Positions 39,461 to 47,456 of a DNA stretch of 64,000 bases are shown piece after piece. The notes under the pieces are model-generated. The model was not told the DNA's origin, did no database searches, and was given only the letters and a program-made list of their open reading frames with translations. Made by a program: the position numbers and the translations under genes. Position 1 is the first letter of the stretch. Each line of letters opens with the position of its first letter. Source of the stretch: Chitinophagaceae bacterium (GTDB taxonomy: Bacteria > Bacteroidota > Bacteroidia > Chitinophagales > Chitinophagaceae); the NCBI GenBank assembly GCA_947456825.1, contig CANGTM010000002.1:5236-69235 (forward strand). Reading direction: 5' to 3'.

Positions 39461-39520
39461 CGGTCCATTATTTTATAATCTTTACGGCAAAATCCGTAAG
39501 ACCTTAAAAATCATAGTATT

Positions 39521-39769
39521 ATGAAAAAAGGAATCCATCCCGAAAGCTATCGTATGGTAGTGTTCAAGGACATGAGTAACGGTCATTCATTTTTGAGCCG
39601 TTCCACTGCTGCTTCCAAAGAGACTGTAAAGTGGGAAGATGGCAATGAGTATCCTCTAATCAAGCTCGAGATCTCCAACATGTCTCACCCTTTCTTTACT
39701 GGTAAGAACATGCTGGTCGATACGGCCGGTCGTATCGATAAGTTCAAAAAGAAATACGCCAAAAAGTAA
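39521..39769 (+). CDS. rpmE2: 50S ribosomal protein L31, type B (no Zn-binding cysteines)
   Basis: [17 protein letters not shown]...HPFFTG...DTAGRIDKF. Confidence 0.96.
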   Translation: MKKGIHPESYRMVVFKDMSNGHSFLSRSTAASKETVKWEDGNEYPLIKLEISNMSHPFFTGKNMLVDTAGRIDKFKKKYAKK

Positions 39770-39802
39770 TTGGTCCCCTTGTGGTGGCCTCCTTACCTTA
39801 GT

Positions 39803-39832
39803 AACGCCTCGCTTTGTCGGGGCGTTTTTTTT
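39803..39832 (+). terminator. Intrinsic terminator after rpmE2
   Basis: AACGCCTCG...CGGGGCGTT stem followed by a T run. Confidence 0.8.
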
Positions 39833-39847
39833 ACTTTTACAGTCTCT

Positions 39848-41032
39848 ATGCCGCAGCAGCGAATTGTTTTTACCGAAGAGTTTTGTCAGCCGGAGCTGCT
39901 CTTTCCCTTTACACTTTGTCGCTCTATGCAAGACATAAGGGTGGGTATGCTGACCATCCGGGAAAAGTGGGAGAGGATGATGCGATTACCTTCTGTGGAC
40001 AAGCGGCAAAATGATTACAAGGATAGTGAGTGTCATGTGGACTTCGATGGGTTGAAAACGGGTGATTCTTGGTGGTTGCTTCATGGCAATATCTTACCCA
40101 CTCCTGCTCTGTGTAAAGCCATAAGATCATTGCAAAATGGAGACTGCCTGCTCGATAAAGGCGGAAGTGCCCTTGCTTACCGGATCTGTAAAAAACAAGT
40201 GATTAGTGCACACAAGGTCAAGATGCTTCGCAGTATATCCTTTGACCAAGAGATTCACTCCATTGTATATCCATGGGATATCGTACGGCTAAATGCATGG
40301 GCCTTGCAAGAAGATTTCAAATTATTGACAGCACGAAAAAAGTCGTCCCCTGTACCCAAGGGAACGCGTGTTAGTGGTCGGGGTAAATTATTTATCGAAA
40401 AAGGCGCCTCGATCAACGTTGCTACCATCAATACCCAAGACGGCCCGGTCTATATTGCCAACAAAGCAACTGTCATGGAGGGTGCTTTGCTGCGAGGCCC
40501 TCTCTTTATAGGAGAAGGTGCTTGCGTAAAAATGGGAGCCCGGCTCTATGGCGCCACCACCATCGGTCCTTATTGTACCGTGGGGGGCGAAATAAAAAAT
40601 AGTGTTTTGCAAGGCTACAGCAACAAAGCGCACGATGGATATTTGGGAGATGCCGTTATCGGAACATGGTGTAATCTGGGGGCGGGGACCACTAATTCTA
40701 ATATCAAAAACACGGGAGCACCGGTAAAAGTGTGGACCTTGCAAGGAGAGAAAGAAGTGGGACAAAAATGCGGGGTTATGATGGGTGACTACTCGCAAAC
40801 TGCCATTAATACCTCGATCAATACGGGTACGGTGATTGGAGTGGGGTGTAATGTGATGGGCCAGGGTTTAACACCAGCCTACATTCCCTGTTTTTCTTGG
40901 GGCCAAGAGGGTATCGATCGTTACCAGTTGCCAAAACTTTTAGAAGCTATTGGCCGCTGGAAGCAATTCAAAGGGCGGTCGCTGTCTGACTTCGAGGAAA
41001 GAATTATCACCACCATCTATAAAAAATACTGA
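39848..41032 (+). CDS. GlmU-related putative sugar nucleotidyltransferase / hexapeptide-repeat acyltransferase (Bacteroidota type)
   Basis: DIRVGMLTIREKW N-terminal domain; hexapeptide repeats; VGGEIKNS...NKAHDGYLGDAVIGTWCNLGAGTTNSN. Confidence 0.85.
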   Translation: MPQQRIVFTEEFCQPELLFPFTLCRSMQDIRVGMLTIREKWERMMRLPSVDKRQNDYKDSECHVDFDGLKTGDSWWLLHGNILPTPALCKAIRSLQNGDCLLDKGGSALAYRICKKQVISAHKVKMLRSISFDQEIHSIVYPWDIVRLNAWALQEDFKLLTARKKSSPVPKGTRVSGRGKLFIEKGASINVATINTQDGPVYIANKATVMEGALLRGPLFIGEGACVKMGARLYGATTIGPYCTVGGEIKNSVLQGYSNKAHDGYLGDAVIGTWCNLGAGTTNSNIKNTGAPVKVWTLQGEKEVGQKCGVMMGDYSQTAINTSINTGTVIGVGCNVMGQGLTPAYIPCFSWGQEGIDRYQLPKLLEAIGRWKQFKGRSLSDFEERIITTIYKKY

Positions 41033-41039
41033 TCTATCT

Positions 41040-41807
41040 ATGCGAAAAAAGATCGCCGCCGCTAACTGGAAAATGAATCTCACCTGGCAGCAAGGAAATG
41101 AATTGGTACAGTCGTTGCTGGGGGCTACTCCCTCTATGCAAGATACTCACCAGGTGATCCTGTCGGTTCCTTTCCCTTACCTGGCTTCGGTCAGCTCAAT
41201 GACCAAGGGAACATCCGGATACCAGGTAGCCGCACAAAATTGTCACCACTTGGCAGCAGGCGCCTATACAGGAGAGGTGTCCGCTGGTATGCTGGCCTCC
41301 ATCGGTATCCCTTATTGCCTGGTCGGACACAGTGAGCGAAGGGAGTACAATGGAGAAACCAATGCTGTACTGGCCGATAAGTTAGTGCGCTGTATCGAGA
41401 ATTCGATTCGCCCTATCTTTTGTTGTGGTGAGCCATTGGCCATTCGCGATCAGGGGCAGCAAAACGAATACGTGGCTCGGCAATTACAGGAATCCCTTTT
41501 TGTACTATCTGCTGAGCAGGTCGGTCAAGCTGTAATTGCTTATGAACCTATATGGGCTATTGGTACCGGACGAACGGCCAGTAGCGAGCAGGCCCAGGCC
41601 ATGCATCTTCATATTCGTCAGGTGCTGGAAGTGCATTACGGTCAACAATTGGCCGGGCAAATCCCTATTTTGTACGGGGGAAGTGTCAAAGCGTCTAACG
41701 CAGACGAGTTGTTTGCTTGCCCCGATGTGGATGGTGCACTGGTAGGCGGGGCTTCGCTGGTGGCTTCAGAGTTTACCGCAATAGTAAACGCCCTTTGCAA
41801 AAGTTAG
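41040..41807 (+). CDS. tpiA: Triosephosphate isomerase
   Basis: AANWKMN, GAYTGEVS, VGHSERR, IAYEPIWAIGTG, LYGGSV and GALVGGASL. Confidence 0.98.
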   Translation: MRKKIAAANWKMNLTWQQGNELVQSLLGATPSMQDTHQVILSVPFPYLASVSSMTKGTSGYQVAAQNCHHLAAGAYTGEVSAGMLASIGIPYCLVGHSERREYNGETNAVLADKLVRCIENSIRPIFCCGEPLAIRDQGQQNEYVARQLQESLFVLSAEQVGQAVIAYEPIWAIGTGRTASSEQAQAMHLHIRQVLEVHYGQQLAGQIPILYGGSVKASNADELFACPDVDGALVGGASLVASEFTAIVNALCKS

Positions 41808-41840
41808 CTCTTGTAGCGAACGTGGTCTATTTCGAAAGCC

Positions 41841-42101
41841 TCAAGATTTTTGTAACGTTTCTATTATCGCTATGTACTGTTGCATGCATTCCAAAGCGGG
41901 CTTGCCCCGCAGTGCCGACCAGGCATCATGTTTAGCTCTGGCCACAAAGTCAAATGGATTAGAGGGAGGATCTTGTGTATTGTCTCCTTCGGTAGCTTGT
42001 TTGTAGAGCGAATAGAGCTGCAGCAGTATTTCGTTAGAGGGTCGTTCCGTTAGTTGTTTGCTTTTTGCAACGGCATTCTCGAATTGTTCATTTAGTTCCA
42101 T
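41841..42101 (-). CDS. Acyl-CoA-binding protein (ACBP)
   Basis: LLQLYSLYKQATEGD...AKHDAW...MQQYI ACBP signature. Confidence 0.92.
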   Translation of the reverse strand: MELNEQFENAVAKSKQLTERPSNEILLQLYSLYKQATEGDNTQDPPSNPFDFVARAKHDAWSALRGKPALECMQQYIAIIETLQKS

Positions 42102-42106
42102 GCTAT

Positions 42107-43753
42107 TTATTTTAAGACTTCTGCAATAACGGTGCCGATGTTTCCGCTGGGCATCTGAATGCGTAATAATGCAGCCAGTGTAGGGGCTATGTCGGTCATA
42201 TAGACCTCTCGTTGCGTGATCCCTTTTTTAATGCCCCATCCAAACCAAAGCAATGGTATGTGCGAATCGTAAGGATTCCAAAGCCCATGGGTAGTGCCGG
42301 TGGTGCCGTAGGCATCGATGTATCCGGGCTTTAAAATGATCTGCAGATCACCGCTCCTGTTTGGATGGTATCCGTTATTGAGCATTTTTCTGACCGTGGC
42401 GGGCAGCGGCACCGTGTTGAGTTCCTTGATCGAAAAGGCACGATCTATGCCGGATTCTTTCATGAGTGCTTTTTTAAGCCAGCCGATCACTTGATCGGTG
42501 TTAATACCGGCCGAATCCAGTTGCGGGTGGTCGAGGTGAAGTTGATAATTGTCATCGCTGACGATGAGCTTTTTAAGCCGGTACATTTTTTCCAGATCGA
42601 GATTGAGCCGGTCGATGATCTTTCCCATAAAGACCCTGCCGCCGGGTAATTTGTTCTCTTGATTGAATTCCGGAACATGTGCCGCCCCGTGATCGGCGGT
42701 AAGAAAAACGGTATAAAGCCCTTTGCCTACCTGCCTGTCGAGGAGGTCAAAGAATTGACCCAAGGCAAGGTCTATGCGAAGCATCGCATCTTCGGCCTCT
42801 ACGGAGTTGGGTCCAAAGCTATGTCCGATATAGTCGGGAGAGGAGAAACTGATCGCCAGCATATCGGTTATTTCATCTCGGCCCAGCGATTCGCCCAGCA
42901 GCGCTGCTTTAGCCATAGCAAAGGTCATGTCGTTGCCCATGGGGGTCGTGCTGATCTTGCCGTAATCTTTTCCGATGTATTTTTTTAGGTCGTATGGAAA
43001 AGCCTCTCCAAAGACCTTGTTCTCGTACGATTTATTATCGGCGGTACTGGCCTTGTAGCTGGCAGCGGGATACAGCAAAGACCAACCCAAGTTGTAAAAA
43101 GAATCAGCGATCTTTCTCTCGTTGAATGTTTGCGCCCAGGCAGGAAGCTCGTTATTGTAATAGGTGGATGTGATCCAGTTTCCGGTGCTGTTATCGTACC
43201 AATAGGCACCATTGGCGCTGTGCCCGGCCGGCAAGATGGCTCCACGGTCTTTGATGGCCACTCCAATTACTTTTGCCTGAAAATTGGTAGCCACCCGCAG
43301 CTCGTCGGCAATACTCGTAACCAGCATGTTCTTAGGACTCATCTTTCCTAGTGAACTGCTGCTACCCACCGTGCTAACCGCTTTATCTTCGGTACAGTAT
43401 ACGGTTCTTCGTAGTTGGCTATCCCACCAAGCGTTTCCGGTGATACCATTGATGGCGGGCACCGTTCCGGTATAAACAGCACTGTGGCCGCAAGCGGTCA
43501 CAGTAGGGGTGTAAGGAATCAGTGTTTGCTCACAGGTGTTTCCTTCGCTTAACATGCGTCTAAAGCCTCCTTTATCGCTAAAGCGATCGGCATATCTATA
43601 TAGATAATCCCAGCGCATCTGGTCAAGCACCAATCCAACCACCAACCGAGGACGGGGAGGCTTGGACATAGTCGTAGTTGCGGCTGTTTGCGCTAGTGCA
43701 TTCGAAACAAAAAGCAAGCAAAGCAGCGAGTAAAGAGCAGAGGAGATACGCAT
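42107..43753 (-). CDS. pafA: Alkaline phosphatase PafA family
   Basis: PRLVVGLVLDQMRWDYL, TVTACGH (Thr nucleophile), KDRGAILPAGH, SSPDYIGH, LTADHG and HGLWNPYDSHIP; minus-strand TACCTTTG at 43771-43778. Confidence 0.92.
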   Translation of the reverse strand: MRISSALYSLLCLLFVSNALAQTAATTTMSKPPRPRLVVGLVLDQMRWDYLYRYADRFSDKGGFRRMLSEGNTCEQTLIPYTPTVTACGHSAVYTGTVPAINGITGNAWWDSQLRRTVYCTEDKAVSTVGSSSSLGKMSPKNMLVTSIADELRVATNFQAKVIGVAIKDRGAILPAGHSANGAYWYDNSTGNWITSTYYNNELPAWAQTFNERKIADSFYNLGWSLLYPAASYKASTADNKSYENKVFGEAFPYDLKKYIGKDYGKISTTPMGNDMTFAMAKAALLGESLGRDEITDMLAISFSSPDYIGHSFGPNSVEAEDAMLRIDLALGQFFDLLDRQVGKGLYTVFLTADHGAAHVPEFNQENKLPGGRVFMGKIIDRLNLDLEKMYRLKKLIVSDDNYQLHLDHPQLDSAGINTDQVIGWLKKALMKESGIDRAFSIKELNTVPLPATVRKMLNNGYHPNRSGDLQIILKPGYIDAYGTTGTTHGLWNPYDSHIPLLWFGWGIKKGITQREVYMTDIAPTLAALLRIQMPSGNIGTVIAEVLK

Positions 43754-43811
43754 ACAAAAAGATTGAGGAGCAAAGGTAGAAGGTAAAACGGAAAACGGGG
43801 TAAACTTTACA

Positions 43812-44246
43812 TTACCTAATGGGCGTACAGTGCTCTGATAAGATCTTTACCTTTCCCCGGTGTTTGATGATGGTCACGCTACAGCGTTGCTTATCATCAA
43901 AGCTTTCTCCGTGGTACATCCCTTTGCCACTCCACACGGTATTGACCACAGCGGCATTGCCATCTATTTGAATAGAGATCTGTTCGCGAGACATATCTTG
44001 CAGCCCATATATGTCCGATCCCGCTGTGGCTATGAGGGCGTCACGTGAAAAGGTTTTTCCTGATTGGGTGAAATAGAGATAATGCGTAGATAGGGCCGAG
44101 TCGACAAGCGCGGGTTTTTTTTCTTTCCACCCTTTATCAAATTGATCCATGATGGCGGTTACCTCTTGTTGGGTGAGCATATCTTCCGCGGATCGGCATC
44201 CCGACAGCAGTACGCTAAGTGAGATCCATAGGATACATTTATTCAT
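43812..44246 (-). CDS. NTF2-like/DUF4440 lipoprotein
   Basis: Lipobox LSGC; helix followed by a beta-meander pattern (YFTQSGK..., GNAAVV..., KILSEH). ATGA-coupled to the upstream gene. Confidence 0.72.
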   Translation of the reverse strand: MNKCILWISLSVLLSGCRSAEDMLTQQEVTAIMDQFDKGWKEKKPALVDSALSTHYLYFTQSGKTFSRDALIATAGSDIYGLQDMSREQISIQIDGNAAVVNTVWSGKGMYHGESFDDKQRCSVTIIKHRGKVKILSEHCTPIR

Positions 44247-44728
44247 TTTGCCAAGTTGAGCGTTGTTGAAAAAAGTAGCTGGTATTGTAGTGGACTCCAA
44301 TTGGTGCGCAACACCTGTACTACCCAAAAAGATTCATGGCGGTAGATCTCTAGCAAGCGTTGGCGCTCCATTGATGATACATGTTGATTCTCATTGAGGG
44401 CTTGCCACCCGTACTCTTTCTTAGCCACGATCTTGCGTAGACATTCCATGGCCGAAGGTTCATCTGCACACAAGTATTGTTCTGAATAACAAAACCCAGC
44501 GCTATCGCAGCCCAATTGTAGGTCAACCGCAGCAGATACGGCTGCCGTAAGCGTTTCTTTGGTGGCGGAGGCAGGCGGTAACGACCGAATGGCTTGTTGT
44601 CTGGGGCGCATCTCTTTTTTTAGACGGCCTTGCGCCTCTTTTACGCGCAGCCCTACATAATCTTGCGCCCCTAGCTGAGAAGCAAGGGAACCCCAAAAGA
44701 AACAACAGATTAAAGATGCTAGCCTCAT
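44243..44728 (-). CDS. Hypothetical secreted cysteine-containing protein
   Basis: Signal-like N-terminus; four cysteines in the mature part; KKEYGWQALNENQHVS segment. No family recognised. Confidence 0.65.
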   Translation of the reverse strand: MRLASLICCFFWGSLASQLGAQDYVGLRVKEAQGRLKKEMRPRQQAIRSLPPASATKETLTAAVSAAVDLQLGCDSAGFCYSEQYLCADEPSAMECLRKIVAKKEYGWQALNENQHVSSMERQRLLEIYRHESFWVVQVLRTNWSPLQYQLLFSTTLNLAK

Positions 44729-44766
44729 GGGTCTATTATAAGAATGGGACAACAGCCTTCGTAAAA

Positions 44767-46443
44767 TTAATATCTTTTCTTGCTTTGGAGCCACAGTTCG
44801 AACGCATCGAGCGAAAAGCTGCTCAGGTTATGACTGGCCGACAGATAGCTTTTTTGTGCGGCCAGCACCCCATAGCGTACATCCTCCAATCCTTGTGTGG
44901 AGTGGGCATCGGGATTGATGGAGATCAGCACCTCTTTTTCAAGGGCATTGTCGATCCATCTCCAATCGAGGTCCAGGCGGCGCGGATGGGCATTGAGTTC
45001 GATCACCACGCCATTCGCGGCACAAGCATCGATGATCTTTTGATGATCGATGGGATATCCTTTTCTGCTAAGTAATAATCGTCCGGTCGGATGTCCTACT
45101 ATGCGCGTAAAGGGGTTTTCGATAGCCTTGATGAGTCTGGCGTTGGCTTTTTCTTCGCTCATGCCAAGCTGACTGTGTATCGAGGCTATGACCAGATCGA
45201 AGCTGGCCAGTACCTCCGGACGGTAGTCAAGGTTTCCATCTCCGAGAATATCACTCTCGATGGAACGAAAAATCTTAAATGGCCCCAGTTTAGCGTTGAG
45301 CAGCGCTATCTCTTGGTGTTGTGCGGCCACCCGTTCTTCCTGTAGTCCGTTGGCATAAGTAGCAGAGGCGGAGTGATCGCTGATGACCATGTATTCCCAT
45401 CCTCTTTCGATACAGGCCTTGGCCATCTCCTCTATGCTATTGCTTCCATCGCTCCAGGTAGAGTGAGCATGGATCAGTCCGCGAATAGAGCTTGTCTCGA
45501 TAGGAGCAGGCAATGGATTTCTCGATTCCTTTTGCAAGGCAGCAGCGCGCTCTCTTTTGCAAGGCGCAATAAAAGGGAGGCCTTTGGCCTCGAAAAGATC
45601 CTCTTCGGTATGGGCGTTGACAAGTAAGTTATTGTCGAGTGTGGGTAGTAACTCGTATGCCTCCAGGAATTCGGGGCTGCCGCTTGTCCAAAAAAGGCGA
45701 TGGGCTATGGGCTGATCGGCCGTGTAGAGACGGAGTCTGAGTCCATTCTTTAATTCATATAAAAGGCTTTGGTCTGTCTCTTCCAGTAAGGTGGGGGGGT
45801 GTGCGGTATTGAATTTAGGTTTGATGGTGGAAAGAGGTTCGGCCACAACAAACTCCAATTCTTCGAGGGTGAGCGCTTGTCTTCTGTAAGCGCCGGTCAC
45901 GGCTACATTCGACGGGCCGAACAATTGCTGCAAATAATTTACTATAGCAGGATATACGGCCTCTGCCTCTGCATACAATAATTGACCTTGATGTTGTAAA
46001 AAGAATTGGATCGATTCTATAAGTGACTGCTGGGTTTTTGTGCCGAATCCTTTAAAAGCGGCTAACCGGTTTTCTTGACAGGCGTATAATAACTCTCCAA
46101 CGGATTCTATACCCATCTCTTTCCAGATGGCGTGAATTTTCTTAGGTCCCAGTCCCTTTAGCTGGAGCATCTCGATGACACCCGGCGGAGTTTGCCGAAT
46201 TTGTTCTTCCAGCAAGATCAATTTTCCGGTATCCAGTAGTTCCTCGATGGCTTTGGCCACGCTTTTTCCAATTCCTCGTATGGTCTGTAGCTTCTCTCGC
46301 GGGGTCTGGCTAAGTAGATAGGGGAGTTTGTCGACGGCAAAAGCCGCAGCACCATAACTTTTTACACTAAAGGGATTGGCCCCATGAATATCCAGTAGGG
46401 TAGACAGTAGCTTCAGCTGCTCAGCTATGGCGGCATTGTCCAT
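44767..46443 (-). CDS. polX: PolX-PHP protein with a non-canonical polymerase active site
   Basis: HhH motifs (GIGKSVA, GLGPKK, GFGTKT); palm GAYRR...EELEF; PHP motifs HAHSTWSDG, DHS, SIESDI, GHPTGR and NPDAH. Confidence 0.92.
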   Translation of the reverse strand: MDNAAIAEQLKLLSTLLDIHGANPFSVKSYGAAAFAVDKLPYLLSQTPREKLQTIRGIGKSVAKAIEELLDTGKLILLEEQIRQTPPGVIEMLQLKGLGPKKIHAIWKEMGIESVGELLYACQENRLAAFKGFGTKTQQSLIESIQFFLQHQGQLLYAEAEAVYPAIVNYLQQLFGPSNVAVTGAYRRQALTLEELEFVVAEPLSTIKPKFNTAHPPTLLEETDQSLLYELKNGLRLRLYTADQPIAHRLFWTSGSPEFLEAYELLPTLDNNLLVNAHTEEDLFEAKGLPFIAPCKRERAAALQKESRNPLPAPIETSSIRGLIHAHSTWSDGSNSIEEMAKACIERGWEYMVISDHSASATYANGLQEERVAAQHQEIALLNAKLGPFKIFRSIESDILGDGNLDYRPEVLASFDLVIASIHSQLGMSEEKANARLIKAIENPFTRIVGHPTGRLLLSRKGYPIDHQKIIDACAANGVVIELNAHPRRLDLDWRWIDNALEKEVLISINPDAHSTQGLEDVRYGVLAAQKSYLSASHNLSSFSLDAFELWLQSKKRY

Positions 46444-46490
46444 AGCCGCAAGGTAAGGCCTTCGGGGTAATGGGGCAGGGGCTTAAACGA

Positions 46491-46518
46491 GAAAATCCCC
46501 CGAGAACGGGGGATTTTC
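46491..46518 (-). terminator. Hairpin terminator after the Lys-rich microprotein gene
   Basis: GAAAATCCCCCG-AGAA-CGGGGGATTTTC perfect 12-bp stem. Confidence 0.85.
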
Positions 46519-46535
46519 TATTAACTTCTGGAAGA

Positions 46536-46655
46536 TTACTTCTTCTTCTTAGCAGCTTTTTTCTTAGCAGCTTTCTTTTTTGGAGCTGCTTTTTTCTTAG
46601 CAACTTTCTTTTTTGGAGCAGCCTTTTTCTTGGCAGCTTTTTTCTTTGTAGCCAT
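46536..46655 (-). CDS. Histone H1-like Lys/Ala/Pro-rich microprotein (39 aa, 22 Lys)
   Basis: MATKKKAAKKKAAPKKKVAKKKAAPKKKAAKKKAAKKKK; A-rich run before the ATG; own downstream terminator. Confidence 0.88.
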   Translation of the reverse strand: MATKKKAAKKKAAPKKKVAKKKAAPKKKAAKKKAAKKKK

Positions 46656-46692
46656 TTTTTTTGAATTTAATGTGTTAGTAAAATGGATTAAC

Positions 46693-46724
46693 GATGTTAA
46701 AAATAGTACATATTTTTTAACATC
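46693..46724. repeat. 11-bp inverted repeat GATGTTAAAAA-N10-TTTTTAACATC upstream of the microprotein gene
   Basis: Read directly: arms at 46693-46703 and 46714-46724. Confidence 0.8.
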
Positions 46725-46787
46725 CAAATTTTTTTCTACAAAATTTTGGCGCTAAGCTGCTTATGCGACCCGTAAGGTTGATGCGTA

Positions 46788-47048
46788 TCAGGCTTCGGCA
46801 GGAGTGATAGAAACAAATGTGCGGTTGTTTCTTCCTTTGCGAAATTCAACTACTCCTTCGGTAAGTGCGAATAGTGTGTAGTCTTTACCTACGCCCACAT
46901 TTTTACCGGGATGATAAACGGTGCCGCGCTGACGAACGATGATGTTGCCGGATAGTGCGGGCTGACCACCGTAGATTTTAACGCCGAGTCTTTTGCTCTG
47001 CGAGTCGCGATTATTCTTTACGCTTCCTTCTCCTTTCTTATGTGCCAT
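46788..47048 (-). CDS. rpmA: 50S ribosomal protein L27
   Basis: [24 protein letters not shown]...IIVRQRGT. Confidence 0.99.
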   Translation of the reverse strand: MAHKKGEGSVKNNRDSQSKRLGVKIYGGQPALSGNIIVRQRGTVYHPGKNVGVGKDYTLFALTEGVVEFRKGRNNRTFVSITPAEA

Positions 47049-47088
47049 GGTGAGGTCTTTTTAATTAGTGGGATGATGAGGGTTGATC

Positions 47089-47388
47089 TTACGCGATACT
47101 CAAAACTTTGATCTTGGTATAAGCGGTGCGATGCCCTTTCTTTTTATGAAAACCTTTTCTTCTTTTCTGTTTGTAGGCGATGACCGTATCTCCTTTTACT
47201 TGGTCCACGATCTCGGCCTTAACTTTGGCAGTAGCGGCGCTACCTACCGACAGCTTACCATCGGCATCGACCAATAAAACTTCGAGATCAAGCTTGTCAC
47301 CGGCGGCGCCCTCCACACGGGGAACGTACAGGGTCTGATCCTTTTCTACTTTAAATTGCTGACCGGCAACTTTAACAATGGCTATCAT
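47089..47388 (-). CDS. rplU: 50S ribosomal protein L21
   Basis: AIVKVAGQQFKV...KRRKGFHKKKGHRTAYT; minus-strand TACCTTTG at 47408-47415. Confidence 0.98.
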   Translation of the reverse strand: MIAIVKVAGQQFKVEKDQTLYVPRVEGAAGDKLDLEVLLVDADGKLSVGSAATAKVKAEIVDQVKGDTVIAYKQKRRKGFHKKKGHRTAYTKIKVLSIA

Positions 47389-47456
47389 ACTATAAAAATT
47401 AGGACGGCAAAGGTAGGGAACTTTCCCGAACTTGCCAACGAAAATCGGGGGTAGTT

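Noticed and set aside
46693-46724. Inverted repeat as a dif/Xer site (contains ATGTTAAA)
   Set aside because: The arms point the wrong way and the spacer is 10 nt rather than 6; no XerC-type half site.
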